DNA of 64,000 bases, taken from positions 64,001 to 128,000 of the IMG/VR virus record IMGVR_UViG_3300005330_000014; one strand, 5' to 3'. Every line of letters starts with the position of its first letter. Position 1 is the first letter of the stretch. Of the stretch, positions 55,715 to 64,000 are shown one piece after another. The position numbers and the translations under genes were made by a program. This DNA comes from a virus. Taxonomy: Duplodnaviria > Caudoviricetes. The notes under the pieces are model-generated. The model ran no database searches, was not told where the DNA came from, and worked only from the letters and a program-made list of their open reading frames with translations.

Positions 55715-56449
55715 TTATTTAGCTATTTCAAAGGGTGCTGATTCTTCTATTTTCCAAAGATCGTGAACGGGACAAATTGTAGTAGAAGAATAATTTGACG
55801 AATATAAAAAATTAGTATTTGCCAGTTTCTGATTGAATTCTTCTTTGGTGATATTTCGCGCTCCATTAGCTTTAAATGTAATCATATGAGCAGAAGCCGC
55901 CGACCCAAAATCTTTAGAATAGCCTTGTATTAATTTATGAGCAGTTTGTAAAGCAATAAACTTATCAATTTTTTCTTCTTGTAGTAAGTTAACCTGCAAT
56001 AACTCAAAATAATTTTCGGGGACCAATAGAACGCCGGGCTCATACAAGGCGTGGATTAATTGAATAGTGGAGGTTAGAAGAAGTTTATATTTAAAATATT
56101 TTAACTCAATAGTAAAATAAGCATTATTTTTGTCGAAATGAACAGAGCATGGAAATCCCAATTCTGCGATTTCAGCAATCCACTTACTGATAGATTCTTC
56201 GCTATATGGAATTTTACTTAAGGGATGGCTTATTTCAATTTTTGAAGTTGTAAGATCAATCGGTCTTGATGTAAGAACATAAAAACAAATTTGTCCACTT
56301 GACTTATCCAATATAACTTCACCGTTTTCGTTAAATGTCTTATAAAAGACCGTAGACGTTATATTTTTTAATGACTCTAAAATTAGATAATTATAATTAC
56401 GCGGGGTTTCTACTGGACTAGGGGTTGGAGTGGAAATTGTCATATTCAT
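55715..56449 (-). CDS. hypothetical protein in the ligase cluster
   Basis: ORF track; possibly a distant member of the CRxxF family. Confidence 0.7.
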   Translation of the reverse strand: MNMTISTPTPSPVETPRNYNYLILESLKNITSTVFYKTFNENGEVILDKSSGQICFYVLTSRPIDLTTSKIEISHPLSKIPYSEESISKWIAEIAELGFPCSVHFDKNNAYFTIELKYFKYKLLLTSTIQLIHALYEPGVLLVPENYFELLQVNLLQEEKIDKFIALQTAHKLIQGYSKDFGSAASAHMITFKANGARNITKEEFNQKLANTNFLYSSNYSSTTICPVHDLWKIEESAPFEIAK

Positions 56450-56490
56450 ACCTCTTTTTACCTTATATTTATCTATAATAATTTTTAAGT

Positions 56491-57138
56491 TTAAGTTTCT
56501 TTATATAAATTCAACTTAATTTCGTCTTCTGTTTTGTTTCCAAACTGGGTAAATGGACCAGAATGCATTTCTGATTGTAACGTTCTAACGCTGGCTTCTG
56601 AAAATTTAGTATATCCATCTAAAAATAGTCTCATAAAATTCATCAACTGCGGACCATACTTTGATTTATTCATTGTTTCAAATATATCCCCGCCAACCAC
56701 ATGGTTTCTACCCCATCTTAATAAAATACCAAAAAGGGCACGTTTCATTTTTCCGTCTTCCGAATCTACCCACCACGGAGAAACACGCACCGCACTAATA
56801 GTAGTTCTAGTGGTCAAGTATAGTTTCGTTCGAGGATGAATATCCAAGAGCGTTTCAATTTGATTGATAAAATCAGCTATATTGGCCGTTAGATTCCCGG
56901 CATGAGCATATAATAGGGAATGCATTTTTTCGCCCCAAACGTTGCCGTGCTCTTCTAAACAATGAGCCCACGTATCATATTTATTAGCTAGCGTTTCATC
57001 GCTGCTTTTCCGGCTAGTACATTCACCTTTCAATCTATTAATTTTTGCTAAAGCAATAAATCCATCATTTGCGTCAGAGGTTTCATCGGGATTGACATCG
57101 TATCCCCAATTTTTTACTAATTTTAATTTTGCTGTCAT
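56491..57138 (-). CDS. CRxxF paralog family protein
   Basis: HCLEEH...SPWW...LFGILLR...LFLDGYTKF; start moved to MTAKLK. Confidence 0.75.
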   Translation of the reverse strand: MTAKLKLVKNWGYDVNPDETSDANDGFIALAKINRLKGECTSRKSSDETLANKYDTWAHCLEEHGNVWGEKMHSLLYAHAGNLTANIADFINQIETLLDIHPRTKLYLTTRTTISAVRVSPWWVDSEDGKMKRALFGILLRWGRNHVVGGDIFETMNKSKYGPQLMNFMRLFLDGYTKFSEASVRTLQSEMHSGPFTQFGNKTEDEIKLNLYKET

Positions 57139-57172
57139 TTTATTCTTATTTAGTTTAGGTTTTAGTTTAAGT

Positions 57173-58117
57173 TTAACTTCCTTCCAATAGATCGATAACC
57201 TTTTGCTTATATTCAAACGTGCCTTTTTCGCAAATAGAAACTTCTATACTTTTTCTAATCATTTTCCCGTCTCCTTCAACCAGACGTTTCATTAGTTCGG
57301 GTCGAAACTGATAACTATCCACGGCGGCATTATAATAATAAGAGGCAATTTTAAAATTGGGTTTAAATAACAAATTATGTAACGCTACGATTCCTCCGCC
57401 GTGCGAAGTAGTAGATAAACCATTGACTGGCATTTCTTCTTTAGTGTAATTATCTTCAATCGGATTCCTAAAGAATGTTTTATAATTATATTTTTTAAAA
57501 AGATTAATCATTCTAAGTAAAGCCGCCGAATATTCTTTATCACAAGATTTATCTACAGGTAAGTCGCCAGATATGACTTTCTTTAGAGTTTCTTGATAAT
57601 TCGTCCCAGCTTGGTGGGCCGGAGACACTCTAATTAGATTTAGATATAAGGCCAACATAGGCAATGCGCGCAGCCACTCGTTAGACCCAACTAAAATAAA
57701 ATATTGATTTTGACTAGTATCTTTTGTCGTGTTTTTGATTAAAAACTCCTGAGAAAGAGGTATCGCCAAGTCTTGTTCAATTTGATTTAAGAAATCTTTG
57801 ATTAAAGATACTAATATATTAATTTCAATATTCTGGTGTTTGTTAGGTATAACAATTAATAGCCTTAAATATTTTGGAATCTTACCGCCGCCCTTAAAAG
57901 CGTCCCAAACATTATCGTTAAAATAATCCTTACACCCTGTAATACCATTATATAATATACGATTATTTTCTGAAAGCCAGCAGAAAGTGATATGTCCTTG
58001 ATCGTAATGGGTAGGAACTTCTATTTTAATTAAACACGGATCAACATCGGAATTGTCTATCTCCGTGATAGGCGCGGCGGCTTCATATTTATATTTAATA
58101 GTTTTAGTTTGTAACAT
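57173..58117 (-). CDS. CRxxF paralog family protein (long form)
   Basis: GCKDYFND...SNEW...LYLNLIR. Confidence 0.75.
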   Translation of the reverse strand: MLQTKTIKYKYEAAAPITEIDNSDVDPCLIKIEVPTHYDQGHITFCWLSENNRILYNGITGCKDYFNDNVWDAFKGGGKIPKYLRLLIVIPNKHQNIEINILVSLIKDFLNQIEQDLAIPLSQEFLIKNTTKDTSQNQYFILVGSNEWLRALPMLALYLNLIRVSPAHQAGTNYQETLKKVISGDLPVDKSCDKEYSAALLRMINLFKKYNYKTFFRNPIEDNYTKEEMPVNGLSTTSHGGGIVALHNLLFKPNFKIASYYYNAAVDSYQFRPELMKRLVEGDGKMIRKSIEVSICEKGTFEYKQKVIDLLEGS

Positions 58118-58182
58118 ATTTTACTGATTAAAAAACTTACTTATAAGCTATTATTAATTCTTATTATTTATTGCTTATTTAT

Positions 58183-58902
58183 TTATTTTGTTAGATAGAC
58201 CGAAGGCTTTTCCCTTTTAGGTTTGGAATAAACATAATCCCCAATTTCTCTATCATAACGTCCAGTTTCAGCCCCTTCTCCATTAAAAAATGAAACCCAC
58301 CCGTAAAAATTACGAATATATTGTTTTTTTAATTTTGTATACCCTGATAAAAATAATTCAACCGCCTCTCTAGTCATAGCAAAGTATGGTTCGGCAAATA
58401 AAGCGATATTAATAGGGTCTTTAAGATTACTGTTATATCTAGTCCCGGCACGTAATAAGATTGTCAAAAAATTAAATCTTAATTTGTCATTCCACCATTT
58501 AGAAAGAATAACTAAACAGTACTTTGGGCGCACAGGTTTAAATTGTAACTTCTGGCTACTTGTTAGCTTCAGTTTTTTCTCAATTAGATCAATAAATTTA
58601 ATTAGGCCCGAATAACTATCTCCATGAGAGAAAAGAAATTGGGTTTTAATTACCCCGGAATAATCACTGATAACATCATGAAATGATTCTCTACAAGACT
58701 CGACACAATCAATATTCACACAATTATATTGAGTATACTGATCGGGAACAGATAAAATACCAAAACTACCTTTATAATGTAAATCATCTTCCCCACATTC
58801 GGGATCAACGACAACGATTGGACGATTTTTGTCAAAAACAATTTTGTCGATAATTTTAAATTTAGATTTAGATTGTTTGGATTTTGTAGATTTAGTTTTC
58901 AT
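58183..58902 (-). CDS. CRxxF paralog family protein
   Basis: SCRESF...SKWW...FLTILLR...LFLSGYTKL. Confidence 0.8.
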   Translation of the reverse strand: MKTKSTKSKQSKSKFKIIDKIVFDKNRPIVVVDPECGEDDLHYKGSFGILSVPDQYTQYNCVNIDCVESCRESFHDVISDYSGVIKTQFLFSHGDSYSGLIKFIDLIEKKLKLTSSQKLQFKPVRPKYCLVILSKWWNDKLRFNFLTILLRAGTRYNSNLKDPINIALFAEPYFAMTREAVELFLSGYTKLKKQYIRNFYGWVSFFNGEGAETGRYDREIGDYVYSKPKREKPSVYLTK

Positions 58903-58925
58903 GACAATTAACAGTAATAGTGAAT

Positions 58926-59240
58926 TTATTTAGGGATAACCAAAGTAAACATTGTTGTTAAGGGGTGATTATGGTCTTTTAAAGTTTTTTGTTTAGTTTT
59001 GGCTGGCTGGACATGTTGCGAAAGTATAGTAATATAATGATTGTCATAATAAAAATCAAGGTATCCGCCGACTCTGCTTATATAATCAATACGGAATACT
59101 TCTCCGCTCTCAAATATTTCTTTTGCTAGCTCTAGATTTAAACCATTGTATTCAGCTAAATTTTCAATGATTTCTTCCGGCAGGCGATTAATGGTAATGA
59201 AATCCCCGCGTTCTAATTTTTGAAATTCAGCTAATTCCAT
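58926..59240 (-). CDS. hypothetical protein with C-terminal HNHPLTTMF tag
   Basis: Motif at 58947-58973. Confidence 0.75.
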   Translation of the reverse strand: MELAEFQKLERGDFITINRLPEEIIENLAEYNGLNLELAKEIFESGEVFRIDYISRVGGYLDFYYDNHYITILSQHVQPAKTKQKTLKDHNHPLTTMFTLVIPK

Positions 59241-59281
59241 ATATCAAATAATAATATTAATAATAAGAAAATATACGGCAA

Positions 59282-59689
59282 TTAACCTTTACACCAGTCG
59301 CCCGAGACAATTTTTTTATTTAAAATATGGGCAGGTAAGTCTCTTTTATTGTAAGAATAGATAGTCGCGGACACTTCTTGGTTTAATTCGGCAGAAAAGA
59401 TAGTAATTTCTTGCTTATTGTATCCCGCGCCCGCCTCCATTGAATCAATCGATTGCAAGGCTATAGGGTCAACTTCATGTAACTCGACTACTACTTGACC
59501 TTCTCCGGCGGCAATACACGGATAAAAACCAAGATTGTATAATTCAAATCCGTCCACTTTTAAGGTTTCAATATATTTTTGACCATTAAATCGTTGGAAG
59601 TTATATGTTTTATCACGGTTATTTGGGTCGCTAGGATTCCCGCGCCTCAAAGTGCCGTAAGACAAAATATAGTTAGTTTGTTTTTTCAT
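59282..59689 (-). CDS. gamma-glutamylcyclotransferase (GGCT/AIG2-like)
   Basis: ILSYGTLRRG...LYNLG.YP...V.VE...ID.ME..GY...SGDW. Confidence 0.9.
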   Translation of the reverse strand: MKKQTNYILSYGTLRRGNPSDPNNRDKTYNFQRFNGQKYIETLKVDGFELYNLGFYPCIAAGEGQVVVELHEVDPIALQSIDSMEAGAGYNKQEITIFSAELNQEVSATIYSYNKRDLPAHILNKKIVSGDWCKG

Positions 59690-59697
59690 AAAAATTA

Positions 59698-59964
59698 CTA
59701 TTCAAAATCTCGATTTTCGGTTGATACATAATGCTTCATATATGTTTGGAAATCCGCCCGAGTCACGGCAGCCATATCAAAACAACAATCTTCCATAATT
59801 AAAAAATCTTCTTTGGTGTTATTAGTATAAATTCTGGCTACCGCTTCCTTCTCACTGATTTTTCTATACCACTTTCTATTGTATCGAAAATCGAACCCCT
59901 CGGGGATTGCTCCAATTAGCATTATCTCCGCGTGTTGAAATTTTCTAGTAACAAACGTACCCAT
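59698..59964 (-). CDS. small FRYxxxW paralog
   Basis: IPEGFDFRYNRKWYRK. Confidence 0.7.
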   Translation of the reverse strand: MGTFVTRKFQHAEIMLIGAIPEGFDFRYNRKWYRKISEKEAVARIYTNNTKEDFLIMEDCCFDMAAVTRADFQTYMKHYVSTENRDFE

Positions 59965-60000
59965 TATTAATTACGAGTTCTTAGTCGTTTATTTTAAGAA

Positions 60001-60207
60001 TTAATCTTTTTCAAGAACCGCTACCCGATGGCGGCAATTAAATTGTGTAATTGGTAAAAATAGCCATTTACAATCAGTATTGCGCCGCGTTTCTTGACAT
60101 AAATTAGTATCTAATTTTTCGTACCATCGACCATTATATCGGAATTCGCTTTTCGGATTAACCAATTCAAGCTGAACGACCATGAAATGTTTGAAACGCG
60201 AGCCCAT
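60001..60207 (-). CDS. small FRYxxxW paralog
   Basis: VNPKSEFRYNGRWYEK. Confidence 0.7.
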   Translation of the reverse strand: MGSRFKHFMVVQLELVNPKSEFRYNGRWYEKLDTNLCQETRRNTDCKWLFLPITQFNCRHRVAVLEKD

Positions 60208-60282
60208 AAGATTTCTTAGATTTTCTTAATGTGCGTCTAAGATAGCACTGATTTTAGAAAAGTCAAAGTTTGTTTTTTAAAA

Positions 60283-60945
60283 TTAAACTGCTATGATAGC
60301 ACGATCAAAGCAATAATCCGTTAAGCTCCCTTCGATTAGTTTATTTACTAAATTTTGGCAATAAATCACCGCCGGATCATCTAATAACATGCATTCAGGA
60401 TGCGTCTGGATTCCCAACATATTGGTTTTTTTATAATAAACAATTTCTGGCTCAACGGGAGTATCCATTTCTTCCTGATCCCCGCCTTCGTGGTAAGGAG
60501 ATAAATTCTCTGCCCATCCAATAATTTTATAGTCATCAGGTGGTAAATTAAACGGCCATTGTAAATTATGGTGCGTTGAGATTAAATCAAATTCTTGACC
60601 ATCAAAAGTTTTAATATAATGATAAACTGGGTGCCTCATATGTTGCACTAATTTACCGCCAGATAGCACGCTTGCCCCTTGTGAGCTTCGACAAACGCCA
60701 ACAAATGGAATACCCTTTTTAATTACTTGATTAAACAATTCAAATTCATAAATATCCCGAGAAGGATTAGTAGAAACAAAAGGATGTTCTTGTTCTCCAT
60801 AATATTTAGGGGACCAATCTGATCCTCCGGTGCCTAAAACCAATTCCGCTTCATCAATATTATTCGTTAATTCAAAGCCCAATGGAAGAATCCATTTAGC
60901 ATCATGCGCGCCGCCATTAACAACGTATAATTTTCGTTTTTTCAT
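60283..60945 (-). CDS. class I glutamine amidotransferase, peptidase C26 family (second copy)
   Basis: GTGGSD.SP.YYGE, RD..E, GVCR, STHH, QTHPE. Confidence 0.88.
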   Translation of the reverse strand: MKKRKLYVVNGGAHDAKWILPLGFELTNNIDEAELVLGTGGSDWSPKYYGEQEHPFVSTNPSRDIYEFELFNQVIKKGIPFVGVCRSSQGASVLSGGKLVQHMRHPVYHYIKTFDGQEFDLISTHHNLQWPFNLPPDDYKIIGWAENLSPYHEGGDQEEMDTPVEPEIVYYKKTNMLGIQTHPECMLLDDPAVIYCQNLVNKLIEGSLTDYCFDRAIIAV

Positions 60946-60965
60946 ATTCTTTATAAAGTTATTTA

Positions 60966-61409
60966 TTAATCTAAAATTTCCGTTTTTGGTTCATGAAAAG
61001 TAATTACATCAAAAGTTTGATCTTGTTTGATTAAGTAAGCTTTCAGCTTAAATTTCGGAACAATTACTAAATCATTTAAATTACTGGATAAATAACCAAA
61101 GATACGCCTTCTGTTTGGCCTTTTGTCATTTAAAAAAACTTCCATGAACATAAAACTATAGGCTCGGAACCAATGATTATTAAATCTAAAAATAGCCCCC
61201 TTTTGTAAATCCTTGACGGGCATTAATTCGTAATTACGTTGATTAACTCCAGCAGAAAATAACATAGAAATATTAATTATTGATAATAGGTTAAAAATGG
61301 CCGGTTTTACGTGTTTGCCGGTATGGGGTAGAAAGGATAACCACTGGAGAGAATGAAAAACTCCGGCGACACAATCCCCTTTTTTGTTGCTAACTAGGCA
61401 ACCAACCAA
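60966..61409 (-). CDS. hypothetical protein containing an FRYxxxW-like unit
   Basis: LQKGAIFRFNNHWFR; start uncertain. Confidence 0.55.
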   Translation of the reverse strand: MVGCLVSNKKGDCVAGVFHSLQWLSFLPHTGKHVKPAIFNLLSIINISMLFSAGVNQRNYELMPVKDLQKGAIFRFNNHWFRAYSFMFMEVFLNDKRPNRRRIFGYLSSNLNDLVIVPKFKLKAYLIKQDQTFDVITFHEPKTEILD

Positions 61410-62372
61410 CTAACTAACCAAATGTTTAGAGGAATTAGCTAATCCCCATTCAGAATAAACATCTAAATCTTTGACATCTCTTAGCTGATTTAAGCGAATA
61501 GTTAAGTGTTTTGGTAAATTCAAGGCAGCAACGATTTCTTCTGCAAGTCCCTTGTTGTTTTCAATAACGGCAGAACGCGCCATCTCTTTTTTAATTTTGA
61601 AAATAGATTTGTAATCATCATTAAAATAACGATTTACCGCTTCGGTAGCTAAATCATATATTAACGCAACCAATTTAGGAGAACTAATCCAGTAGTTAGA
61701 TAATAGTCTATATTCCAGTCCGGGATATTCAGGCTTAGGACGATGCGCCCCTAGATTACGACCATACAGAGTTTTGCGTTGCAATGAAGTAGTATCATTG
61801 TCCACCAAAACAAAAGGCACCGCCACAAAATAATCTAATAACTTAACTAAAGTAATGACACTATCAAAATCATTTAACGGCAAGCTTTTCTTTCTGTCTT
61901 GGTCGGCACGGGCAATTGCGAAATGTCCGCCCGCCGAGCGACGAGCACCACTAAAATCAGGCGGGATAATTTGGCATACGTCCCATGCATCATACTCAGG
62001 ATTACAACCAATTTTATTGGCTTCTGGGTGTTCCATGAAGCGTGGATCAAATTCATGACTAGCTTTAATTTTAATCTTAAACCGGCCTTCACTCTCTTTG
62101 ATTAAATAATCATTAATTAAACTTAATGACGAGCCAATACTTTTAATAAAATCTTCTTTAGAGGTTGCGGGGCGAACCGTAAATTCTCCCATTGTATTAT
62201 CATAATAAAGATTAGTATGTTCGTCCAACCGAATTGGATCATACTTGTCCACTTTAAGTACGTCAATTGCGCTCACAACATCTCCGCTTGAAACATCTTC
62301 AATAAAAAATTCAGGATCGGCCCCAAAAGTTAATGCGGTTGTTTTATTTACTAATTCATTTTTGCTTTTCAT
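61410..62372 (-). CDS. phiEco32-like COOH-NH2 ligase type 2
   Basis: TFGADPEFF, DN..GEF, GCNPEYDAW, RSAGGH, LEYRLLSNYW. Confidence 0.9.
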   Translation of the reverse strand: MKSKNELVNKTTALTFGADPEFFIEDVSSGDVVSAIDVLKVDKYDPIRLDEHTNLYYDNTMGEFTVRPATSKEDFIKSIGSSLSLINDYLIKESEGRFKIKIKASHEFDPRFMEHPEANKIGCNPEYDAWDVCQIIPPDFSGARRSAGGHFAIARADQDRKKSLPLNDFDSVITLVKLLDYFVAVPFVLVDNDTTSLQRKTLYGRNLGAHRPKPEYPGLEYRLLSNYWISSPKLVALIYDLATEAVNRYFNDDYKSIFKIKKEMARSAVIENNKGLAEEIVAALNLPKHLTIRLNQLRDVKDLDVYSEWGLANSSKHLVS

Positions 62373-62418
62373 TTTTTCTCCTTGTTTGTTATTATCTCTA
62401 TTTTAGTTTATTTTAATA

Positions 62419-62709
62419 TTACGTGATTTTATGAGGTTTTTTATTTAATACACAAACCTTCTTATATACAGGAATGTTGTAATAAACATCTTCCGCCCTT
62501 TCTCTAGCATTAGGTTCGCGGCCCCAATTTTCTGATACTTTTATCATCCATTTTCTGTCATATCGAAACTCTGAACCTATTCTAATATCTTGGAATGACT
62601 CAAAAGAATAAACAGGGCTAAACAAATCTAAATATTGATATTCGGGCCACATTTGGTTTTTAATTATAATATCTGTCTGAATAGTTGTCCGAATTATTCT
62701 CGCGGTCAA
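62419..62709 (-). CDS. small FRYxxxW paralog
   Basis: IRIGSEFRYDRKWMIK. Confidence 0.7.
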   Translation of the reverse strand: MTARIIRTTIQTDIIIKNQMWPEYQYLDLFSPVYSFESFQDIRIGSEFRYDRKWMIKVSENWGREPNARERAEDVYYNIPVYKKVCVLNKKPHKIT

Positions 62710-62854
62710 TATGCTTCATATAATTAGGCCGCATTGCTAAATAATTCATATATCTACAAAGATTAATGTCGGGATGTTTCTTTTTCTTAAATCGCACACA
62801 ATGTAGCAAATTAAATAAAAGAATAATCAGAATATAAATAACGAAATCGTTCAT
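62660..62854 (-). CDS. hypothetical small protein
   Basis: ORF track; N-terminal hydrophobic stretch; overlaps the next gene. Confidence 0.45.
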   Translation of the reverse strand: MNDFVIYILIILLFNLLHCVRFKKKKHPDINLCRYMNYLAMRPNYMKHIDRENNSDNYSDRYYN

Positions 62855-62857
62855 TTT

Positions 62858-64000
62858 TTATTCCTCCCAAGAATTAACTACTTCACTGTCATCAATTTCT
62901 AACATTTGGACTCGACGATTTCTGCCGCCAACTTGGACAATTCCTGAAACTACAAATTTCTTACCCATTTTAGTTACCCTTAAATTGGAAACATCAGGAA
63001 ATTCAAACGTTCGATGATTATTAGCATTATTATTAACTGGGGCAGCAACAGCCCGAGGTTGGACAGGAGGCGGAACGGCAACGCGAACAGGTTCAGGTGC
63101 CGGTGCTGGAGCGGCGCGAACTACTGGCGGCGGAGCTACGGGAGCAGGAGGGGCAGGAGCTACGCGGGCAGCTTGCGGGGCGACGACAGCGGCAGGAATA
63201 GCCGGAACAGGAGTAATAGCCGGGACCACTCTATTATTTAATACATCAGTAATTACTCTTGTATAATTTCTTAATGTGGTAGACTCTAGGTTATCCCCCA
63301 AACTAGAACAACTATTCAACTCTAGAACAACGCAATTCCGATTAGTTTCATTGTAACAAATATCTACGCTAGCTAGGTCTAACCCTAAAGCATTCATTGC
63401 TTTAATTGATTCAACTTTAACGCAATCGGGAAGCGTTACTCCTTCACGAGCGAAAATCCATTGACCATGATTTCTAATTTGATAATTAACTTCGGTGCCT
63501 TCTGGAAGGTCTGAGCGAACTTTCTTTTGAATATAATCGAAAATCTTAACTCCATCGCGGTCACGAATCATATGCACACGATATTCATGTTTCTTAGGAA
63601 AATACTTAACATATAATTGAGTGCGAGGACTTAATTGCGCCTCAGTTTCAGCGATAACTAATCCGGCGGCTGAATGTCCATTTAATATTTCCCGGCAAGC
63701 TACCTTGCTCCCCTCGCGAATCCATCGTGCAGCCACCGCGCGATCTTCTGTAAATTCAGGAATTGAAACATTAGCTTCTCTTAATTTAAGAAATGTTTTC
63801 TTTTTGCAAACAGCAATAGCAACGCTACGGGGGTTATTCAACCATCTAACGTTAGCATTATTCCAGACAGGCTGACCAGAAAAACCTAAATTAACAACTA
63901 AATGATTCGGATTATAAGTATAATCACCGTCAGAACGAACACGGGGACAATTTAATGATTGAGCGAGTAAACGGCCCGCTGTAGATGTTGGCTTGTATGC
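62858..64000 (-). CDS. ATP-grasp (RimK-like) peptide ligase with Pro/Ala-rich linker and C-terminal extra domain; starts beyond the right edge
   Basis: Frame stays open to 64000 (AYKPTSTAGRLLAQSL...VVNLG...WLNNP); K...F..L, EYRVH, LDLASVD, VLELNS. Confidence 0.85.
   Translation of the reverse strand, partial: AYKPTSTAGRLLAQSLNCPRVRSDGDYTYNPNHLVVNLGFSGQPVWNNANVRWLNNPRSVAIAVCKKKTFLKLREANVSIPEFTEDRAVAARWIREGSKVACREILNGHSAAGLVIAETEAQLSPRTQLYVKYFPKKHEYRVHMIRDRDGVKIFDYIQKKVRSDLPEGTEVNYQIRNHGQWIFAREGVTLPDCVKVESIKAMNALGLDLASVDICYNETNRNCVVLELNSCSSLGDNLESTTLRNYTRVITDVLNNRVVPAITPVPAIPAAVVAPQAARVAPAPPAPVAPPPVVRAAPAPAPEPVRVAVPPPVQPRAVAAPVNNNANNHRTFEFPDVSNLRVTKMGKKFVVSGIVQVGGRNRRVQMLEIDDSEVVNSWEE

Noticed and set aside
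63040-63240. GC-rich tandem repeat or mobile insert
   Set aside because: No periodic unit; it encodes the Pro/Ala linker of the ATP-grasp protein.
1-64000. Alternative genetic code (TAG or TGA recoding)
   Set aside because: Long enzymes translate intact with code 11, and TAG/TGA ends are usually followed by further stops or a new gene.
1-64000. Bacteroidota host inferred from missing Shine-Dalgarno sites
   Set aside because: Promoters are TTGAC/TAnnnT type, not the Bacteroidota TTTG/TAnnTTTG type.
1-64000. Eukaryotic giant virus or bacterial chromosome
   Set aside because: Single-strand gene packing, sigma70 promoters, YopX, phiEco32-like ligases and mostly orphan small ORFs fit a jumbo phage.

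Overview
A 64 kb segment of an AT-rich (roughly one third GC by eye) jumbo bacteriophage genome. About 115 tightly packed genes lie on the minus strand. The only credible plus-strand genes are two free-standing homing endonucleases (HNH, LAGLIDADG). No structural or core replication genes are present, so this is an accessory/host-takeover region. Recognisable content: tRNA-Lys(UUU), tRNA-Arg(UCU), a non-canonical tRNA-Ile(UAU)-like element, a GHKL ATPase fused to an HExxH domain, a Ro60/TROVE-like (DUF2828+vWA) gene, two Pol-beta-type nucleotidyltransferases, an Rnl2-like RNA ligase, a DenV-like glycosylase, a 2OG-Fe(II) oxygenase, a divergent peptide deformylase, LemA/GT-A/TPM genes, a Prs-like plus Nampt-like NAD module (NARP1-like) enclosing a HAD-NDT fusion, and an expanded phiEco32-like peptide-ligase cluster (two COOH-NH2 ligases, ATP-grasp, two C26 amidotransferases, GGCT) interleaved with two unexplained paralog families. 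About 14 sigma70-like promoters (CTTGAC, mostly 16-bp spacers) are visible, and four appear to give leaderless mRNAs. Strongest candidate for an undescribed system: a promoter-to-terminator unit in which four related CAGCAA-motif RNA hairpins flank the Ro60-like gene, followed by a nucleotidyltransferase. Other notable signals are a shared C-terminal HNHPLTxMF peptide tag on three small proteins, strong GCGCGG/CCGCGC enrichment, and two paralogs broken by a +1 frameshift at the homologous position. All family calls come from motif recognition by eye; no database search was run.
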